DNA of 64,000 bases, from positions 62,001 through 126,000 of the forward strand of contig CDRNVI010000053.1 in the NCBI GenBank assembly GCA_977017575.1, read 5' to 3'. Positions 60,184-64,000 of this stretch are shown one piece after another (within the stretch, counting starts at the first letter, position 1; each line of letters opens with the position of its first letter). Position numbers and translations under genes: made by a program. The notes beneath the pieces were generated by a model. That model did no database searches and had not been told where the DNA came from. It worked only from the letters and a program-made list of their open reading frames with translations. Source of the stretch: Paramoeba atlantica. Taxonomy: Eukaryota > Protista > Discosea.

Positions 60184-60803
60184 TAGTACACGATCATCCG
60201 AAGCTTTTGTAGGAATCTATCCCTACCGCACCGAGTGCCTAATAACAAAATCAAAGCTTCACATTGTGTTGGGAATTTTGATACTGTACCAAAATTAGGT
60301 GATTGCATAACTACTGCTCCACCTTCGATTATTGATCTGCGTCGCATCCCCCCACCAGGTCCTTTCACCGCACTGCGCTTGCCATTTTCTTGTGTTTCTC
60401 TCTCGCGTCCCCCACCCTCGTTCCAGGAACCAAAAGTACATAGTTTCTGTAGAATACAACTTTTTCCGAAAGTTTACACAACTCGAAATGGGGAAGTAAG
60501 GTCGGGACTTCCTGGCACTGTCATCACACCGATGGTACCAACGCGGAATAAAACACCCTTTAAATTGAAACCCATTAGTACTGTAGTAATTTCATTAGTA
60601 CTTCATAAAACAAAACCCATTAGTACTGTGTTTCTTTTTATATTTTCACTTTTTTTGCTCCCCATTTTTTCAATAATCGAGGACAGAGCGTTAGTTATTC
60701 AACCACCGCAACTACTATTATTACAGAGCGGAATTCTTAATAATCTTGTAGCTATGACTGAGACAATAGAAACTAATTTTATTAACGAAATCGTTGCTAG
60801 AAA

Positions 60804-62114
60804 ATGTCTACTAGAAGATCAATTCTCAAGAGGCGTCATCATCCTGATGAGACAAATAAACAGCGAAAGGAAATATCTTCTCATCCGACAGAGATAACAC
60901 AAACAAATCACGTACGAACCGACCCAGACGCTTTTCAGGACGCAAACCAAAAATCAATGTTACTCTCCGCAGGCACTTACGAGGGCACGTTACATTGCTG
61001 GAAGATCAATCTCACCCAAGCGACGTCCCCCAGCGCAGCCCTAAGTGTATCGGTTACACCTTACTTCAACGCAGCCCACCACGCGGGACAGGTACGAGCC
61101 ACGTGTTCGTGGGTAACCTCAGCCTACATCATCTCCGGTGGGGCTGATGAGAAGCTTTTTATATACGACGGCCGGAGGCGGCGCGTCCTGGGAGATTTGT
61201 TGGTCAGCGGGGAGGTCACGTGCCTCCGATTAGTGGGCGCTGCCCCTCGTTCGTCGGAAGATGGGGTTTCAGTGAAGAAACCTACTCATTGTGTGGCTGC
61301 GACAACAAGGGGGCAGATTGTTACATGGAATGTGCCCGAATGGACCCCAATACTAGTAATTGATGCACACAAACGAGCGTGTCACTCCATTGCGCTCCAT
61401 CCACATGGGCTGTTGGGTATTAGCGTTGGAAGCGATCGGGTCATTTCCGTACTGGACTGGAACCGGGGATGTAAGGCACTTGAATTGAAACACAACCGTG
61501 TTCTACATGATTGCTCTTTTTCACCAAAAAGTGGGGAGCACTACGCTGTTTCGTCGCGTGACAGTGATGCTATCGATGTCTTCGATACCTCGAATTGTTT
61601 GCTGCGCAGTACTTTCCGATTGCGGAATGTGTGCCAAGGAAACGAACAGTGTAAAAGAGAAGAGATCATCGATCCGGTTTTATCTGTAACCTTTGTCGAT
61701 GAAAGATACCTTTTGTGTTCAATGTCACGTGGTGATCTGGTTCTGTGGGACATGCGGGATAGGCAAGCAGCACGCCGCATTCACATTTTGCAAGAAATAG
61801 TGTCTTGCTCTGAATCGGTTAATGAAGATACAAAGCTATCTCGATCTAAAGTAATAGATCGAGCTCACACCTCAGTGAGATGTCGTGATACTGCAGTAAA
61901 TATCCTTTCGAATCCCCTAACAATATCATCCAAGGCGGAAACTACGAAACGTACGTTAGTTGCAATTGTTTCTGTTGTTACCAGTTGTGGACTTTTTATT
62001 GTGTGGGGGTTAACCAGACAATGTTCCTTAGACGGGATATACTTTCTTCCAATTTATAAATCACAGAATCTTGACATGCGTTTTACATGTGCTACATCTT
62101 CTTTTCTGGAATAA
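60804..62114 (+). CDS. MAK11: WD40 ribosome-biogenesis factor MAK11/PAK1IP1
   Basis: AGTYEG.LH, HAGQVR, SGGADEKLFIYD, AHK.AC.SIALHP.G.L.ISVG.D. Confidence 0.8.
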   Translation: MSTRRSILKRRHHPDETNKQRKEISSHPTEITQTNHVRTDPDAFQDANQKSMLLSAGTYEGTLHCWKINLTQATSPSAALSVSVTPYFNAAHHAGQVRATCSWVTSAYIISGGADEKLFIYDGRRRRVLGDLLVSGEVTCLRLVGAAPRSSEDGVSVKKPTHCVAATTRGQIVTWNVPEWTPILVIDAHKRACHSIALHPHGLLGISVGSDRVISVLDWNRGCKALELKHNRVLHDCSFSPKSGEHYAVSSRDSDAIDVFDTSNCLLRSTFRLRNVCQGNEQCKREEIIDPVLSVTFVDERYLLCSMSRGDLVLWDMRDRQAARRIHILQEIVSCSESVNEDTKLSRSKVIDRAHTSVRCRDTAVNILSNPLTISSKAETTKRTLVAIVSVVTSCGLFIVWGLTRQCSLDGIYFLPIYKSQNLDMRFTCATSSFLE

Positions 62115-62357
62115 AATGAACTCCACAAAAAGTAGTCAAATATTTTAAAAGTTCAATCTACTTTAATTGGGTCAATACCAAGTGGTCAATCTAGCGAATA
62201 TTATACAGTAGTTTCGGCGACTGCTTACAGAAGTTTTGCGCAGCAATGAAGCAGCAAAATTGCTGCGTTGTTTTACTACTAATGACTTCAGGAAAAAAAT
62301 CGGGACTGAAAATGCAAGTCAAGGATTATTCTTCTGAAAAGCAAATTCCGAATCGTT

Positions 62358-63482
62358 ATGTTCACGTATCTACCTTTATACTTTTCGATCCACGTTCAGT
62401 TTATTTTTGTTCGTACAGGTACATTTTATGATTGGAATCAGTTTTTAATGGAGACCTCTTTATCACCAGGAAAGGAGGACGATTTGCTCAATATCGAACT
62501 GAACCGACCCCATTTGCACCGAGACACGCATCATCCAAATGCTGAAGCTCAGGTGGTGACAGCGTTAAATCGAGGTTGGTCAGATATTAATCCATTGAAA
62601 TGGTTTAGCCTAACCGCCGCGTGGTCTTTTTTCTATAGTGGATGTGTGCATCCGATGTATTTTGCAAGCACCCATCGACAGATCTCTGATGCCTCAACTA
62701 ATGCCACATACAAAACTATATTGTCGCGCCAGTTTTGTGAGCATGGGATCCGTGGTGTTTATCGTGGCTTCTTTGCTTTATTTTTCGGAGCTTCGGTGTC
62801 CGAATGGCTTTATCTAGGCACTTTGGAAATATCAAAAGAAAAGCTCCCAATGAACTCGGAAATTGCACGCGATACTGTTAGTGGTGCACTCGCGGACGTG
62901 ATCTCACAACTACTTTACTGCCCGTTTGGTTTGATTGGAAACCGTCAAATGGCAGCGGGACATGGGATGTCAAGCTATCCATACATGTCGGTACCTCGAT
63001 ATTTTGTTCACATTGTCCGCACGGAAGGATGGCACGGCTTGTGGGTAGGACTCACCCCGAGCCTTCTTCTGGTTCCTAGCACAGGAATCTGGTGGGGAAT
63101 TTACGGTGCGACAAAGCGCTATCTCTACGCTCACAACTCCCTCCTCCTCTCCTGTTACGGATCCTACAAGTTCTACCTCCCGGAATCCTTCGTATCGGAC
63201 ACGGACAATATTGTGCACAACAGTATCGCAGGAGCTTTTGCAGGGCTTTGCGTCACAGGATTGGTAAACCCTGTGTGGGTAGTTCGCGCGCGAGTGCAGG
63301 TGATGCCGGAATGCGCGGAAAGAACACTGCGCCATGTAGCATGGGATGTGTGGCGGCAAAGTGGTGTACGCGGGTTTTATCGAGGAGCGGGAATGAACGC
63401 TTCTGTGTATGCTTTGGAAAGCGCATTATTCGGAACTTTATATGAATACCTAAAATACGTATCCCAGATTCGTGTTGATTAG
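62358..63482 (+). CDS. Mitochondrial carrier (SLC25A44-like; start possibly 62448)
   Basis: Three carrier repeats with Px[D/E]xx[K/R]-like motifs, G.RG.YRG. Confidence 0.88.
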   Translation: MFTYLPLYFSIHVQFIFVRTGTFYDWNQFLMETSLSPGKEDDLLNIELNRPHLHRDTHHPNAEAQVVTALNRGWSDINPLKWFSLTAAWSFFYSGCVHPMYFASTHRQISDASTNATYKTILSRQFCEHGIRGVYRGFFALFFGASVSEWLYLGTLEISKEKLPMNSEIARDTVSGALADVISQLLYCPFGLIGNRQMAAGHGMSSYPYMSVPRYFVHIVRTEGWHGLWVGLTPSLLLVPSTGIWWGIYGATKRYLYAHNSLLLSCYGSYKFYLPESFVSDTDNIVHNSIAGAFAGLCVTGLVNPVWVVRARVQVMPECAERTLRHVAWDVWRQSGVRGFYRGAGMNASVYALESALFGTLYEYLKYVSQIRVD

Positions 63483-63813
63483 CACGTTTCAAGGATGTTT
63501 AAACGGTTGTTTAATTGGACGCACTTAAACTACTACGGATTGCTTACGCTCGCATGATCGTACGCTTAGAATGACTTGCACAATAATTTTTTTCGGTCAT
63601 GTAAATGTCGCATGGGATGAGAAATCTGTTAAAACTTTCCTTAAAAATTTAGGAATTAGGGGGGTATCCCCATATATCTGAGAAAGAAATTAAAAATTAG
63701 AGTGGATCATATTTCGATGAAGTACGACGTGCCGTATATTTTAGAGTACCGAACAGGAACCCCTTGGCGTAATTCTTATAATTCGCATTCCTATTATGTT
63801 TTGCGCTATTATA

Positions 63814-63910
63814 AACCCCCGCTCACGAAAAGTAATCGCCCACTTTTTTTCGTGCAAGTGTCCGTTTGAGCTGATTTTTGTTGCGTTTTGCAGATCTCAA
63901 CGCAAAGATT
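63814..63910 (+). mobile_element. Solo end of the 52282-53213 Tc1 family
   Basis: TA|AACCCCCGCTCACGAAAAG...GCAGATCTCAAC is the reverse complement of ~53120-53213. Confidence 0.85.
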
Positions 63911-64000
63911 TCGCTAAGTTGACTTTTTTGTAGTTTTCTTTTCAGAAAAAATTGAACTTGACAGCCCCGTCCTGTTGATACCAGGGGGAGTCGTCCCAGA

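Noticed and set aside
60235-60897. 220-aa minus-strand ORF
   Set aside because: No recognisable motifs; spans intergenic sequence and the antisense of the MAK11 start.

Overview
Eukaryotic protist DNA, most likely a kinetoplastid (Euglenozoa). This is inference, not a database result. About 16 intron-less host genes all lie on the + strand like a polycistronic unit, some have polypyrimidine-AG tracts upstream, and the window encodes a PA26-type proteasome activator, a VIPER/TATE-like tyrosine-recombinase retroelement and CRE-like remnants. Host genes include a UBA/CCCH protein, PLAA/Doa1, IMP4, a WD40-PDZ protein, RNase H2B, GalE, a TPR protein, PA26, a DnaJ protein, MAK11 and two mitochondrial-carrier-type proteins. 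From about 23 to 53.4 kb lies a nested mobile-element island containing Tc1/IS630 elements (two with DD32E spacing, one intact), pogo, PIF/Harbinger, Merlin, several TA-flanked MITE families, an RLE-type non-LTR retrotransposon and a ~720-bp (TTAG)n array. Most notable: (i) a collinear pogo-DDE / Ulp1-like protease / non-LTR RT arrangement and four dispersed element-borne Ulp1-like protease copies; (ii) a YR-RT-RNaseH element bracketed by perfect 157-bp structured inverted repeats that also enclose the (TTAG)n array.
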